A DNA stretch of 62,972 nucleotides, counting the filler, from Octopus bimaculoides (taxonomy: Eukaryota), in NCBI RefSeq assembly GCF_001194135.2. It is 6 parts of 6 records of this genome, joined end to end, with 100 filler letters (N's around TTAATTAATTAA, not from the genome) between each part and the next. Parts side by side here need not be neighbours in the genome. Positions count along the whole stretch, not along the records: positions 25,549 to 42,706 come from NC_068988.1; 5 more parts are not named here. The stretch is one strand, 5' to 3'. The notes under the pieces are model-generated. The model had not been told where the DNA came from, searched no databases, and worked only from the letters and a program-made list of their open reading frames with translations. Both the position numbers and the translations under genes were made by a program. Below, piece by piece: positions 25,449-39,206 of this stretch (positions within the stretch are counted from its first letter, which is position 1; each line of letters begins with the position of its first letter).

Positions 25449-25716
25449 NNNNNNNNNNNNNNNNNNNNNNNNNNNNNNNNNNNNNNNNNNNNTTAATTAA
25501 TTAANNNNNNNNNNNNNNNNNNNNNNNNNNNNNNNNNNNNNNNNNNNNTATATATATATATGAATATATATATATATATATATTTGTATGTGTGTTTGTG
25601 TGTTTTCTAAATCCGTCTTATGCAAACTAATAAATTGGATTTATATTGCTTTTAGTTCGAATGCATTCTATTTTAATGTTACACTAATATATTTACATGC
25701 ACACGTGTATCTATCC

Positions 25717-25777
<61 letters not shown>

Positions 25778-25932
25778 ATTACATACATACACACAAATAT
25801 ATATCTATATATATGCATATGCATGTACATATTTATGTGAGTGTGCGTGCGTGAACATAGATGCACACGTATGTGTGTATATACATGAATATACTTGTAA
25901 ATGCGCGTATATATATGTATGGCTACATAATT

Positions 25933-25979
<47 letters not shown>

Positions 25980-27504
25980 GAGACATCTATATTTATGTAT
26001 ATATAGCTATACATACAAATACACACAAATATGTCGTATACATGTGTGTGTACTTTGTGAGTTTGTACTTTGTGAGTGTGTGTGTGCGTGTGTGTGTGTG
26101 CGTGTGCGTATGTGTGTGCGTGTGTGTGTGTGCGTGTGCGTATGTGTGTGTTTTGTGTATGTATCTATCATTCGGAGCAACTGTAAAATGGATGAACTGT
26201 TCTTCTTGGTGGCCATTTAATAAGTTCCAATCTATCTCCATTCTCGACAATGCAATCAAACGTATAAATTCTGACATCGAATGAATTTCAAAGACAGTTG
26301 GTTAGATGAAAGAGCAACAAGGAAGATGAAGGAAAGGCAAGAGAGAATAGAATAAGAAATGATAGCGGAAAGAAGAAAGAAAATTGTAAATGAAAAAGAA
26401 AAGGAACATCAGAAAAGGTGATGGTAGTTTTAACAATAAGGATATAAGAACGATTAGATTTACTGATTTGTCGCAAACTATATCTTTACTGTTGGTGAAG
26501 AACAAGAAAGAAGATGCTAAAGTTTTCATGTCAATACCAACAACATCAACAACTGCTTTTCATCTTAGAAGTACCACGCAAAGATATATTAGTCGCTTCA
26601 TTTCTTATAGTTGTACTGAGAAAGTTAATCAACTTCTGCTGAAAGAGCAGCTTTATTCAAACAGGATGAAAAGGGAATTTTGCATTACATTACACATGGA
26701 AAACGCACGAATATTTACATACATACATACATGCATACATACACAGAGACACATACACACACATACATATATATGGCCATCTATATATTACACCAAAAAT
26801 CTCCAGAACTGGAATCAGTGGATTTAAAAATGATGTGCAATCAATTCTATCTGCTTATAGTAGACATGTGGAAATCATTGTTAAAATTTAAGACATCTTT
26901 CTTTTGGGGAAAGAAACAGAGACTGTTTGAAATATTAATCAAAGGAGGTGTAAAAACATGTCGGTCGTATGCAGTGGATCTCCATCCGAGTTGAATGGAG
27001 GACACAAGAGTATTTTCGAATGTTTGAAAGACGTGGACATCAAATACCTATCCAAGCTTATGCGAAAATCAAGTCGTTAGAAAACTACTAGTCTTTTGGG
27101 CAAAATAATTTCATGAAGGAATTGAATCAGCGTTTTCTGTTTGGCTATATAAGTTTGATGTATATTTTTATGGTGTCAACGTTTCATATTCTCGTCACTT
27201 AATTGGTTGAGAATAATTATGAAAAAATCTTTGAAATATTAGTAATATAAATCAAATACGATCATTACTAAGTTGATGCATTTAATAGCATATATGCATG
27301 CATACATACACTCACACAGACATAATCAATCACAACTGATTAATTAAGAGTTTTTCTTCTTAATCAGGTTAGTTCAAATATGCTTGTAAAATTTTAAACT
27401 TTAAACGCTATTTCCCTGCAGTTTACCGTGGCGAAAACATTCTCGCTTGTAGTGAAAGGTGCTTCTCATATAGTTCGTGAAATATACATATACACCTATA
27501 CACA

Positions 27505-27546
<42 letters not shown>

Positions 27547-27582
27547 AACACACTTGCATTTGACAAATGTATGTATGTATGC

Positions 27583-27630
<48 letters not shown>

Positions 27631-28019
27631 TAATACGGTTAAACACAGGTTTATGTGATAAAATCCTATGTGCATTTCCCCATTATGATTGCTTGGTACC
27701 ATAGAATAGGTGTTCTAAATGTTCAACTTTGCTGATCATCAAGGAATACTATATTAATTCACCTCTCACCTATCTCTTATCTGCCTTTTCCCCCCACCCT
27801 TCATTCCTCTGTTCATCTCGTTCCCTACCTCTTAGCTGTATTTATGTATATATTTAGTCAAATTAATTTATTTGATATATTTATATTTTGCATAACTATA
27901 TCCATTCCATGTAAAATATCATGTTAATATATTGTTCTGTATTATATTTTTATATTATATATTTCGTAATTTTATATATTTGTAATTTATACATTATATA
28001 CATTTATTTTATTCATTAT

Positions 28020-28320
28020 TGCAAGCATAACTGTGTGGTAAGAAGCTTACATCCCAACCACGTGTTCCGGGTTCAGTCCCACTGCATGACACCTCGAGTA
28101 GACAGAAGTTGAAAGAATCCTCCGTATATATACATGTATATATGTATCTGTATCTGTGTTTGTCTCCCACCACACAACGGTGTTGGTGTGTTTACATCCC
28201 CATAATTTAGCGGTTCGGCAAAATGTATTGATGAAATAAATACTAGACCGGAAGAATAAGTCATTTGTTCAACTAGAATACTTCAAGGCAGTGCCTCAGC
28301 GTGGCCGCAGTCAAATGATT
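28020..28320 (+). mobile_element. SINE family C, internally deleted
   Basis: Homologous to 18163-18540. Confidence 0.8.
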
Positions 28321-28929
28321 GAGATAAACAAAAGATAAAAATTTCTGCATAATTGTACAAATTAATCACCTATTTCCTTTATGCTTCTCTCACTCTCTTT
28401 TCCTTTTTCTCTCTTTCTAATTCTTTTTCTATCTTTATTCTCTAGTTGCTTTCTCTTGTACCTAATGTACTTCTTCCCCTTCCATTTGCTTTCTGTCTAT
28501 TTCCCTCAATAATTAAAAAAACTGCCTCACCATCGATCCAAGTTTGGATATAGTTATCTGTAACTTAACGCAATAAGGCGTTCCCTGATGATCTGTTGTG
28601 ATTGTGCATTTAGAAGAACTATTCTAGATCTCCAGACAACTATAATGGTGAAACGCACATAGGAACCATTATATAAAACTATGTTTATCCATATTTCTCT
28701 TATATTTGGTCTGTAATTCATAACTAGAAACACTCCTCGATATAAAAAGCTACTCAGCAATTATACAGAAAGCAGACAGAATTATGAAAATCTTCATAGA
28801 GTTCTAAACAGAAAAGTAGCAGTCGTACATCTGTTGGTACATATAATTTCTACTATATATATATATAAGTTTGTTTGTGTATGTGTGTGTGTGTGTGTGT
28901 GTGTGTCTATCTGTCTGTCTGTCTGTCTG

Positions 28930-28982
<53 letters not shown>

Positions 28983-29554
28983 GACAGACAGACACACACA
29001 CATACACAAACAAACTTATATACACATATTTGGGCTGTCTGTGTACTATTTGGAAAATATCAATATTTATATCTTTAACAAATCACTATTAAAATTTCTT
29101 CGCTTATCAAAAGGAGCATAAAAATTGCTTATTCGACTAACGTTAACTTTTTACAGATCTTTGCCGACTTCAATAGCTCTAACTTAAGTAAAAGTAAGTC
29201 ACCTAAGTTGAACAACCAATACAATTGTTGTAGACTCAATCCTTAACATAGAGTAGTGTATTCCAATGTATAGTGGGAACCAACACTATAAGAAAGCACA
29301 ACACTTTATTCACATCACACTCATTTAGCCTTCGGTATACCTCCCACACCCACACATTAAAAAACTCCAGTAGATAGAACTTACTAGCTATGCCCTCAAG
29401 GGAACTAACGTTTTCACCTGAATTAGAATGATCTACTTTTCTAGAAAGTAGAATTTTCTAATTTAAAGAAATCCTAATAAAATCTTATTTAGGAAACAAA
29501 ATGCCGTCCAACCATTGTAAAAGTGAAAGCTTTCTAATACGTTTTGCCAAGTTC

Positions 29555-29739
29555 CTTGCCACAAGCGCAGCTTGGGAGAGGTGGGAACGAGTCGATTCAA
29601 CTGGTATTTATTTTAACAGCCCCGGAAGGATGAAAGGCAAAGTTGACCCCGGCGGAATTCGAACTTAAATGTAAAGACGGGCGAAATGCCGTTAAACCTT
29701 TTGCGCGGCGTGCAAACGATTCTGCCAGCTCGCCGCCTT
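29555..29739 (-). mobile_element. SINE family N
   Basis: Reverse-complement homology; head ends gccagctcgccgcctt. Confidence 0.8.
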
Positions 29740-30133
29740 CATATCCCTTACAAATGGTAAACTCTCTTAGCATTTCACATCAAACATGCACAAGGTTTTA
29801 AAGATGTGTAGAGACTTTAAATCTTCTAAATCTCTACATATTCATCTGAATTGGAATTGTCTATTTTTCTAGAAAACAGAATGTTCTAATTTCGAGAAAT
29901 CTTGAAATATCTTATTCAGGTAACGAAAAAACCATGTAACCCTTGCAAAAAATAAAGCTTTGTAATGCGTTTGTCCAAGTCTGTTATCAACGATAAAGAT
30001 TTGGGGAAAAGTTTATAGGAAATATTAATGACGCTTTTAAATGAACAAAATCTAATGATGCTTGTTAAAGAGACAAATATTACAAATCTTTCCCAAATAT
30101 TACACTGACGTCCTATATATATATATATTTATA

Positions 30134-30338
30134 TTAGGTTGGTGCATAATTATTGCGGCTTTTTTTTCAATAAATTTTATGCAACAAAAAATTTAAACTA
30201 AACGCCAAGCAGAAATTGATGTAGATGACGATTATGCTCCGGAATAATCATTTAAAGATGTTTTTGTTAAATGTTGTTATTGTTTTTGTTGAATAAAATT
30301 TATTGAAATAAAGCCGCAATAATTATGCACCAACCTAA
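30134..30338. mobile_element. Mariner-derived MITE with Hsmar1/MADE1-like TIRs and TA TSD
   Basis: Perfect 29-bp TIR TTAGGTTGGTGCATAATTATTGCGGCTTT at both ends, TA on each side (30132-33, 30339-40), and weaker subterminal complementarity. Confidence 0.92.

Positions 30339-30340
<2 letters not shown>

Positions 30341-30411
<71 letters not shown>
30341..30411. repeat. (TATC)n microsatellite
   Basis: Perfect run starting right at the MITE's TA TSD. Confidence 0.95.
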
Positions 30412-30412
<1 letters not shown>

Positions 30413-30899
30413 CAGTTGACAACACTCCTGTCACAGTGTGGGACCTTGAAGGTTGCTAAAATGCAAGAAAGTATACTAGTCCCTTAATTTTCAATACTTA
30501 ATANNNNNNNNNNNNNNNNNNNNNNNNNNNNNNNNNNNNNNNNNNNNNNNNNNNNNNNNNNNNNNNNNNNNNNNNNNNNNNNNNNNNNNNNNNNNNNNNN
30601 NNNACATCTATATGTATACATATACATCTCTCTCTCTCTCTCTCTTTCTATCTTTCTCTCTATCTCTCTTTCTCTCTTTTTCTCTCTCTCTGACAGTATC
30701 TGTCATTACAGTATCGAAATGTGATTGTTTCAGTTAGTAGAATAGTTTCATTTTTAAAGTGAAAGTATTTGACATGAGTGTTTTTGTTTCACTTTTGACA
30801 CGTAATACTTAAATAGTGGAGGAGATATTATGTTGCCGTGGGCTCGAACTCCGCAAGAAGTTAATAATTTTTTTTGACTAAAACACAACTGGAACCCTA

Positions 30900-31310
30900 A
30901 GTAAGGCATCTGTAAAATTTGATATAAAGAACAAAATATCCAAAGCCCGGAGAGCATTCTACAATCTAACAAAGGTATAGAGAAGCAAAGATATAGACCG
31001 CAAAACGAAGCAGAATTTTACTCTACGGGTGTGAAATTGGAGAGTGACAAACAATGGACAGTTTCCAATTTACATGCTTAAGAATACACGACATCAAGTG
31101 ACTGCAAAGAGTCCGAAATGACACAATTGAGACGACAACGGGCAGCAACAGGTTCAGTGACGAAATAAGATTATGCTGGAAGTGGATCGGACACGTCCTC
31201 AGACAAGGTGGTGACACTAAAGTGGCAGCCCGAGGGCAAAAGAGCGGCAGAGCGATTTAAAAGCACATGGTGAAGGACCATTGACAAGGAAAGGAGACAA
31301 GAAGAGTAGA
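30900..31310 (+). mobile_element. Decayed RTE-clade LINE, ORF C-terminus
   Basis: DIKNKISKARRAFYNLTKV*RSKDI..KTK...LLYGCE.W...WKWIGHVLR...WQPEGKR matches the RTE end ARISKARxAF...LLYGxETW...RWIGHTLR...WxPxGKR. Confidence 0.8.
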
Positions 31311-31347
31311 GAAGCTGAATTGAGAGCAGAATAGTGGCAGAAAACAG

Positions 31348-31806
31348 CGGCGAGCTGGCAGAAACGTTAACACGCCGGACGAAATGCTTAGCGGTATTTC
31401 GTTTGTTTTTATGTTCTGAGTTCAAATTCGACCGACGTCGTCTTTGCCTTTTATCCTTCGGGGTCGATAAATTAAGTATCAGTTACGTGCTGAGGTCAAT
31501 ATAATCGACTGGTCCCCTCCTCAAAAATTAAGTACCAGTTGCGTACTGGCGTCGATCTAATTGACTGGCTCCCCCCAAAAAAATTTCGGGCCTTGTGCCT
31601 AGAGTAGAAAAGAACCGTTAGCATGCCGGACAAAATGCTTAGTGGTATTTCGTCTGTCGCTACGTTCTGAGTTCAAATTCCGTCGAGGTCGACTTTGCCT
31701 TTCATCCTTTCGGGGTCGATAAATTAAGTATCAGTTACGTGCTGAGGTCAATATAATCGACTGGTCCCCTCCTCAAAAATTTCGGGCCGTGTGCCTAGAT
31801 TAGAAA
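31348..31806 (+). mobile_element. Tandem SINE family N (tail-B x2) with a 9-bp TSD
   Basis: Two monomers, with AGAAAACAG at 31339-31347 and 31807-31815. Confidence 0.85.
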
Positions 31807-31982
31807 AGAAAACAGAACTGGTCGGAGAGATCGTGTTGGTGCCCTATGTGTCTCATGGTGCAAAGAGAACAAACTAACTAGACTAACCTTACAGTTGGTA
31901 CAGATTCTGATTGCAATGGAATTTTTTTGTGAAAAAAAAAAAAATGGTAGGAATTCACACACATATTGACACATGGTATACA

Positions 31983-32009
<27 letters not shown>

Positions 32010-32024
<15 letters not shown>

Positions 32025-32340
32025 TTTATTCTTTCACTTGTTTCAGTAATTTGACTGCGCCCAAGCTGGAGCACCATCTTGAAGGGTTTTAGCCGAACAA
32101 ATCGACCCCAGGACTTATCTCTGAAGCCTAGTAACAGGGGCGTAATCACACCAACAACGGTTGTCAAGCGGTGATTGGGACACGCGCGCGCGACGACCTT
32201 CCTTTAGTTTCTGTCAACCAAATGCACTCACAAGGCTTTGGTCGACCCCAGGCTACGTATAATAGAAGTCACTTGTCCAAGGTGTTATGCAGTGGAACTG
32301 AACGTTGAAAATACCCTTACCACACAGTCACGTCAGCGTC
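32010..32340 (-). mobile_element. SINE family C, decayed and deleted
   Basis: Reverse-complement homology to both halves of 18163-18540. Confidence 0.75.
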
Positions 32341-34189
32341 TATCTATCTATATATATGTATATATATATATACTTTATTTAAAAGCAGCAGAAATATAAC
32401 AAAAAAACTGTGTATATATTAAGGATAAAAATCCAAATTTACAAGTAAAATCTCAATTAAATTCAATATATCAATTTATACTTGACTGATGTTCATTCCC
32501 GGCACTGTCGATGGAATATCATCTGTCTTAGTTGTATGTCTGTTTGTCCAATGTTTTAATTTATTTCTGAAGATTGCTTTCAAGTTTCTTAGTAGTTAGT
32601 GAGCTTGTAGTAGCTCGGATATTTTAATAGCCAAAGATATAAATAAGGGTGTGATGATGCGTGCAAATATTTCTCGGTTAAATTTCTCTTTTAGTCGAAG
32701 AAGGCAAAAGCCTTGCCAAGACTGATAGCGATTCACAGTGAGAAAGGAAGTGACTTCGAGAAATTAAAGAATTAATCTCATAAAAGTTAACCTGAGTACG
32801 TTATTCAATGAGTCATGTCTTAACTTATTTACCTAAACTTATGCCATTTCTCAACACAAGTTATTTCTCTTACCACTTTTATTATTTTTGAATTATGCAA
32901 ATCATACTAGCCAAAATTTTCGTAACTCTGTTTCTATTTGACGAAAGTGGGGTTGAGTAGACTCTACTATGCTGATGAGATCCAATAAGACTAAAACATA
33001 TTCATTGTTGTCTGCCTTGCTTGTAAACAACGACTCGGTTCCTTCAATAAATTAATCTCTTTGAGAGCTACTAATAATCACACTGAGTATTTATTTTCTT
33101 TCTCCATCTAAATGGGAAATTTCAATTATTTGAAAATCCTTTGCGCACGTCATTCAGTACATCACGCCCTCAACTTATTTTTCTATATATAGATATTTTC
33201 CTCTATGAAATATTTCGCTTTACTTGTGTGTAATGTCACCGGTCGTATAAACATTTTAAAAACAAATCATTTCTGGGACAAAGTTATTAAGTACTATCTG
33301 CAAGTAACATTATTTCTATTTATTATGACTCTCACCGGATATGATAAATCATTTATTCCTAGAGCTGACAATTTTCTCTTCGTTTGGCATTTTCCGTAAC
33401 GACAGTCGCCTTTTCAGCACCTAACATTAATCCCTTCTCTATTCACGACGAAAGCTTACTTTCGCTGCAGCACTTCTATTATATATTTCAATGTTTTTCT
33501 TAATAATTTCTAAACATATTAATAAAATTCGTTGTTTGAATATAAAGCACTGACAAATATATAATGGTTAATAGGTTTAAGAATAAAAATTCAACTTTAC
33601 ATCAAACCTGCGATCAATTATATTCTATTTTGACAACGATAAATTAAATTTATAAAATTACTAATGATAGATGTAATACGTTTATCTATTTATTTTTGCA
33701 GTAGTTAAACAAAGAAAAGTTCTATAAATTTGAAAACGTTCTGTTGTAGGCCATTTCAGTGCCTGTGCTCTAGTAACGACTATAATATGAAGCTAATAAG
33801 GTTGGTAGTTTGGGAGAACCATTAGGGGAGACGGAAGAAGATAACCTTTCTTTTACTCGTTTCAGTTATTTGACTGCAGCCATACTGGGAAATCATCTTG
33901 AAGAGTCGAGCAAATCGCCCCCAAGTCTTAATTTTTTCTTTGGAGCCCTGTACTTATTCTACCGATCTCTCTCTCTCTCTTTTTTTTTTTTACTGAACCT
34001 CTAATTACGGGGACAAAACAGAATCTTTTCTATTTGGCTGCCAAGATTTGAAAAATCAAAGTTGATTGAAAATTTTGAAGTTTCGTACATTAATGTAGTT
34101 TTCCAAGCCGAATTGCTGGAGTTATTTAACTTTTTTTCAGAATTTTTCTTTTTTTAAGTCATAGAAGTTTAAAGTTTGATCATTATCAC

Positions 34190-34440
34190 CCAGTCCAGCC
34201 GAAATATGACTTCTCTCAGAAAATGAACGGTAACGGACAGATTTGCTCCTTTTATAACGCTTGTAGTGCCATAATTTTCCATCAGTAACGTTACCACGTG
34301 TAGTAAGGCCACATGGTGAATTACACTTTTCACAGGTGTACATATTCACAATTAGTCGACGCCGCGCCAACCACTGAAGAATGTTGTCTCCAGCTTTTCC
34401 TAATTGAATGATAGTCCATGATTCCTCTAAGATTGATTTG
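34190..34440 (-). mobile_element. Merlin (IS1016/IS1595-like) DNA transposase N-terminal fragment
   Basis: ILQWLARRRLIVNMYTCEKCNSPCGLTTRGNVTDGKLWHYKRYKRSKSVRYRSFSERSHIS matches the Merlin/ISXO2 zinc-ribbon pattern IxWL...CxxC...L...DGxxWRCxxC...SIRxxSFFxxSxL. The second CxxC has decayed to YxxY. Confidence 0.72.
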
Positions 34441-34663
34441 TCCCTTTGCTTCTTTTACTGTGGATTGTTGGCGATTTTTTTCTTCCATCTTCCTTTTCTT
34501 TTGAACCTTCCTCTGTCACCTGTTTCCGAAGAGCTTTGGTCGTAACGTAAAACACACTTTCTTTCCTTCCCTGAACATCTTGTTAATACTTTGTATGTAC
34601 CATGTCTCGCGTTGTTTTCTTTTTTTCTTGTGGTTTTTTTTTTTAAATTATATATACATGTAT

Positions 34664-34762
34664 GCAGGAGTGGCTGTGTGGTAAGTAGCTTGCTTACCAA
34701 CCACATGGTTCCGGGTTCAGTCCCACTGCGTGGCATCTTGGGCAAGTGTCTTCTACTATAGC
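34664..34762 (+). mobile_element. SINE family C, 5' fragment
   Basis: Nearly identical to 18163-18260. Confidence 0.88.
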
Positions 34763-35834
34763 AATGTTTATTCTTTTTCCAACAGACATAAATTTCAAAT
34801 GATTTTTTCCTCTAGTTATTTATTCAGTAACACAGCGATAGTGATGATGGCGACTCTCCTAATAAAAGTTTTTTTTTTGTTTAGTAAATAGTCCCCTCCC
34901 CACCCTTGGTTTGTTGGCGCAAATTTTTGTTTTCATATTCGTTTAATACACATTTTTTTACACCTATTACACTTGTTTTATTTTTGTTTTATCTGTTCCC
35001 TTTTTAACAGATTCCTTTATCTTCTCATTATATACTTCCTAGAATGACATCTTTATGATTACTCACCTTTTTCTATCTAAAAGAGACTGCTATATTTATT
35101 CTTTGTAAACATACCTTGCTGTCTCTCTACTTCGTCTCTCTGTACCTAAACAGACGAGTCTATTTAGACGTTCTAGAAAAGCGTTCGTATTTAATATCAG
35201 TTATTATTTTATTTGTCTCAAGTTTTCTTTTTACTTTGCGATGTTTATGGTTTACTTGATTTTATCCTCATTCTTTTTCATTTTCTAAGTACTCCTTACT
35301 TCTTTTTTTTTTATCTATCTTTCCATCTTGTCCTTTCTCCGTGAAGCTCAATGATCCATTCTATATATTTACCTAGCTCTCTATGCCTTACCATACCACT
35401 ATCAAAATTTTTTATTTAGTTATCTATATGCTTATCTCAGTCACTCTAGAAAAAGTATTCTACCTATCTACCCATCCTTCTCTTCGTAAGTAGACAACTC
35501 TCAAATATTCCTTTATAGTTTTTTTTGCAGTTTTCTCTATTAGTTCTCGTGTAGTTTTCTTTTTCACAAAGGTTTTCTCACTTGTTTATCCATTTATTAG
35601 CTAAAGATTATACCATCACCAAATGATAAACCTTTATAGCTTTTCGTTTCTGATTGTTACTTTAATCTCTTATACATATCTCTTAACAACAGGCTATCAA
35701 TCTAGTTTCTATTTCAATTTCATTACAATCTTTAGCTCCACGCTACGAACACTCAATTCTTTCCACTTCCTTTCCCAACGTTCACCTCCCATTTTATTGG
35801 GTAATTCTCATTCTTTCTTCATTTTCTTATCAAC

Positions 35835-35957
35835 CACAGTTCCGGGGTTCAGTCCCACTGCGTAGCACCTTGGGCAAATGTCTTACACCATAAGCTTTGG
35901 GTCGGCCAAAGTCTTATAAGTGGAATTGGTATAGACGAAAACTGAAAGAAGGCCATC

Positions 35958-35962
<5 letters not shown>
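35835..35962 (+). mobile_element. SINE family C, 5' half
   Basis: ccggggttcagtcccactgcgtagcaccttgggcaaatgtctt..., followed by (TA)n. Confidence 0.8.
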
Positions 35963-36005
<43 letters not shown>

Positions 36006-37839
36006 CAAACTTACTGTATAAAGGTAAACGCGTGCGTTCTGTCGTGTGATACAAACAATATATGAGTATATGCATATATATTTATATGTATGTGCATACC
36101 TTCATCTACATGTACATATAGATACATAACTGGGTACATGACGTGGCAAAAGAACATGGACAAAATGATAAACAAGATACAACAAACAAGCAGGCCACAG
36201 AAGAACACCAACCCAACCCACACGCGCGTCCGCATAAATCCTTTAGTGGTTTCAATAATTAGATAGTGGTCATGCTGGTCCACTCCTGAAAGAATTTTGT
36301 TTTTATACAATATTGATTTCTTTGTTTATTTTATCGTTTATCGAAGCTCAAAGCAATAACACTGGTTTGAAGCGGTGGAGATGCACACACTCATGTATAC
36401 GCACAAACTGCGTTTGTGTTAGTCGCTTCTCAAATTCTGAAAAAATTTGTTAGATTTGAATGCAATAAAAAAAATTGGAAACTGCGATACTATCATATTT
36501 TGTATCGTAAAGTAAAACAAGTAAAACCTGTTAAAAAGATAATTTTGTACAGACAGATATCTATCTGTTAGAAATAATATTGAAATCTCCCCCAAAGTAA
36601 AGCATACATTTGAAAAAAAAATTGGAAGAAAGGGTCTCTTTGGATAAATAATTTGAGATATAGAAAAAGGCGGTGGTGGTAACGAGTAGATCGTCTCTTA
36701 GCAGGGATTTGTTCTATCAGAGTTCACCTGGAAGTATGCAACATCAACAACAACACTTTATCAAAAAGAACTACAAAGAAGTATTGTGAATTTTGAGAAA
36801 TGAGTGTACGCTACATGCAGTCACGTGCAAAAGGAATTGGCGAATGACAAATGGCTTATTAGTGCATTTATGAGATGATTTAGATTGTAACGGAAGGTAT
36901 TTTGTTTAAAATATTCTGAGAGAAAATTTAGTAAAAACAAAATGTTATTTTATATGAAATGCTAAAAAAGAAATAGGCAACATAACTCCTAGTTATCACC
37001 AAAGCAATATTCTAAAATTGTATAGTTTTTCAGTGTTAGTTTTTGTTATTCAGTAAATAAACAAAAACAAAAGTGGATATAAAGTCCTATCTGTTGAAAA
37101 TACTGCCATTGCTTCAATCAAATTTCGAAAATAATGAAGAATTTATCAAAATAACTCATCATTCCGGTGTTTGGAATATAAATTAACATGAAATTTTGAT
37201 GGAAGGTTTTTAGATCATTTTAAAACGGAATTTGTTTTATACAACCATGGGCGATTTCAGGCAGAGTAGTATCAAAAGGGTGACTCTCAGTTTCACTATA
37301 ACATTATCCTTAAAGAAGTTTGTTTTCTTCATTTGATGCGAGGTATATGTATCATAAGTTCGGTTGTGACAGAGGTGCATGTATCGAAAATACATCGAGG
37401 TGTACCAACAGGAGAATTTCTTGTTGGAGTGGAGAATGATGATAATTTAACAAAGTACTTCAGACACAGAGGACAAAGCAAAATGCTATCAGTTTTTGCG
37501 GTTGGAATTCTATCGTCAGAGCTTTGTATAACAAAAACTCAGAAAGAAAAGACTGTAATAAAACCTATAATCAATCGATGTAGGACAATTATGAGTATAG
37601 CAACAGTACATCATATGTATTCAGTATTGAAGTTTACTATAGTTGTAGGAAGTTTTCTAAAGAATTACTCTTGCTTTTAAAGTAATTCCCTTGTGTTACC
37701 ATTGATCTGGTTATATCGAAGCATTAACACCAAACTGAGCGAATTAAGTTAGTTTTTATGTGATAGGTTTTATGTATTTTCATATTCTATTTTAAATCCT
37801 TGTCACAGGATTCAAGTGGTGATGCATACATACATATGA

Positions 37840-37870
<31 letters not shown>

Positions 37871-38920
37871 CTTACATACACACATATGCATGTAAGTATA
37901 TGAGTGTGTGTGTACAATACCGACAGATAGCTATTAATATTTATATATATGAATTCATATCCCCGATCTAATAGCGATTTAGGAAGGCAGCAACAGCAGG
38001 TAGTAGTGGAAGGTAGAAGGCATCAGAGCTACAACTGTGAAAATATTGATCACCCACAAGGCATTCTTCAGCTAATAATAGAAAGTGCCAACAGGAAGAG
38101 GGCTTCTGCTATTTCCGTCACCTCAAATGATAACAGAAATCATAACGTAAACAATTACAGTAGCCACAACAGTATGCAACCGCAGCAGCAAGGATTGTAG
38201 CACTAGCTGTAAGAATGAAACCAGTACTTACAACAGCAACAGGAACAACAACACCAAGAGTGGAAGCAACAGCAACAAAATCAACTCAAGATATAATACT
38301 GTCAAGGGGCCACCACATCACAGGCAACGGCAATAAAAACACCAACAGAAAATCCCAAAACAACAAAGAATATACCGTCATGTCACGCGGAGAAAAAAAT
38401 GGTGAGGAGCCAAAAAGGCAAAAAAGTTACTAATGGAAAGAAAGAAAGAGAAAACAAAAAAGACGCCAACGACAACCCCCTCAAAATTGGGAGATCTGAA
38501 TACACGAGGAAGCGCTTTTGAAGATGGTGTACCAACATAATCGCAAACAGCAACTATGCCTGTACTATCAGCATCATCATCTCCATCATCGCCACCACCA
38601 CCACCACTATCACAGAACCCGCCATTACAACAACGATCTGAACTTAATACACATACACAACAAAAATCTCATCTCATTCTACAACACAAGCAAAAAAAAA
38701 AAAAAAAAAAATTAAAGAAATATGTATCATTACACGGCTATAAACACAATCAATGAAGAACTAATGTATCGCATACACCAACATAGAAACGTCACACGCA
38801 ATAACTATATAACATTAACTAAAAGCATTGCAGCACACACACAAATCATCTAAACATCGCAACATACATACATCTTAAAAACTAAACACTGCAGCGTAGT
38901 AGAACACTTTAGAGTAGGAG

Positions 38921-39206
<286 letters not shown>

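Noticed and set aside
25493-25504. TTAATTAATTAA islands inside N-runs (also 42751-42762, 57845-57856, 59539-59550, 61174-61185)
   Set aside because: The identical 12-mer, which has stops in all six frames, is always embedded in gaps. It is a scaffolding spacer, not biology.
26390-26827. 145-aa ORF and adjacent long frames to ~27100
   Set aside because: No recognisable domain; they start in purine-rich low-complexity sequence and run into (CA/TA) repeats. A BLASTX would be needed to exclude an old transposase.
37333-37680. 115-aa ORF with a faint cadherin-like look (GVPTGEFLVGVENDDN)
   Set aside because: It lacks the DxD/DxNDN cadherin motifs and any splice support; compatible with chance.
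37949-38870. Gln/Thr/His-rich ORFs in an A/C-skewed tract
   Set aside because: Decayed (CAA/CAG/CAC) microsatellite field; frames are short and interrupted.
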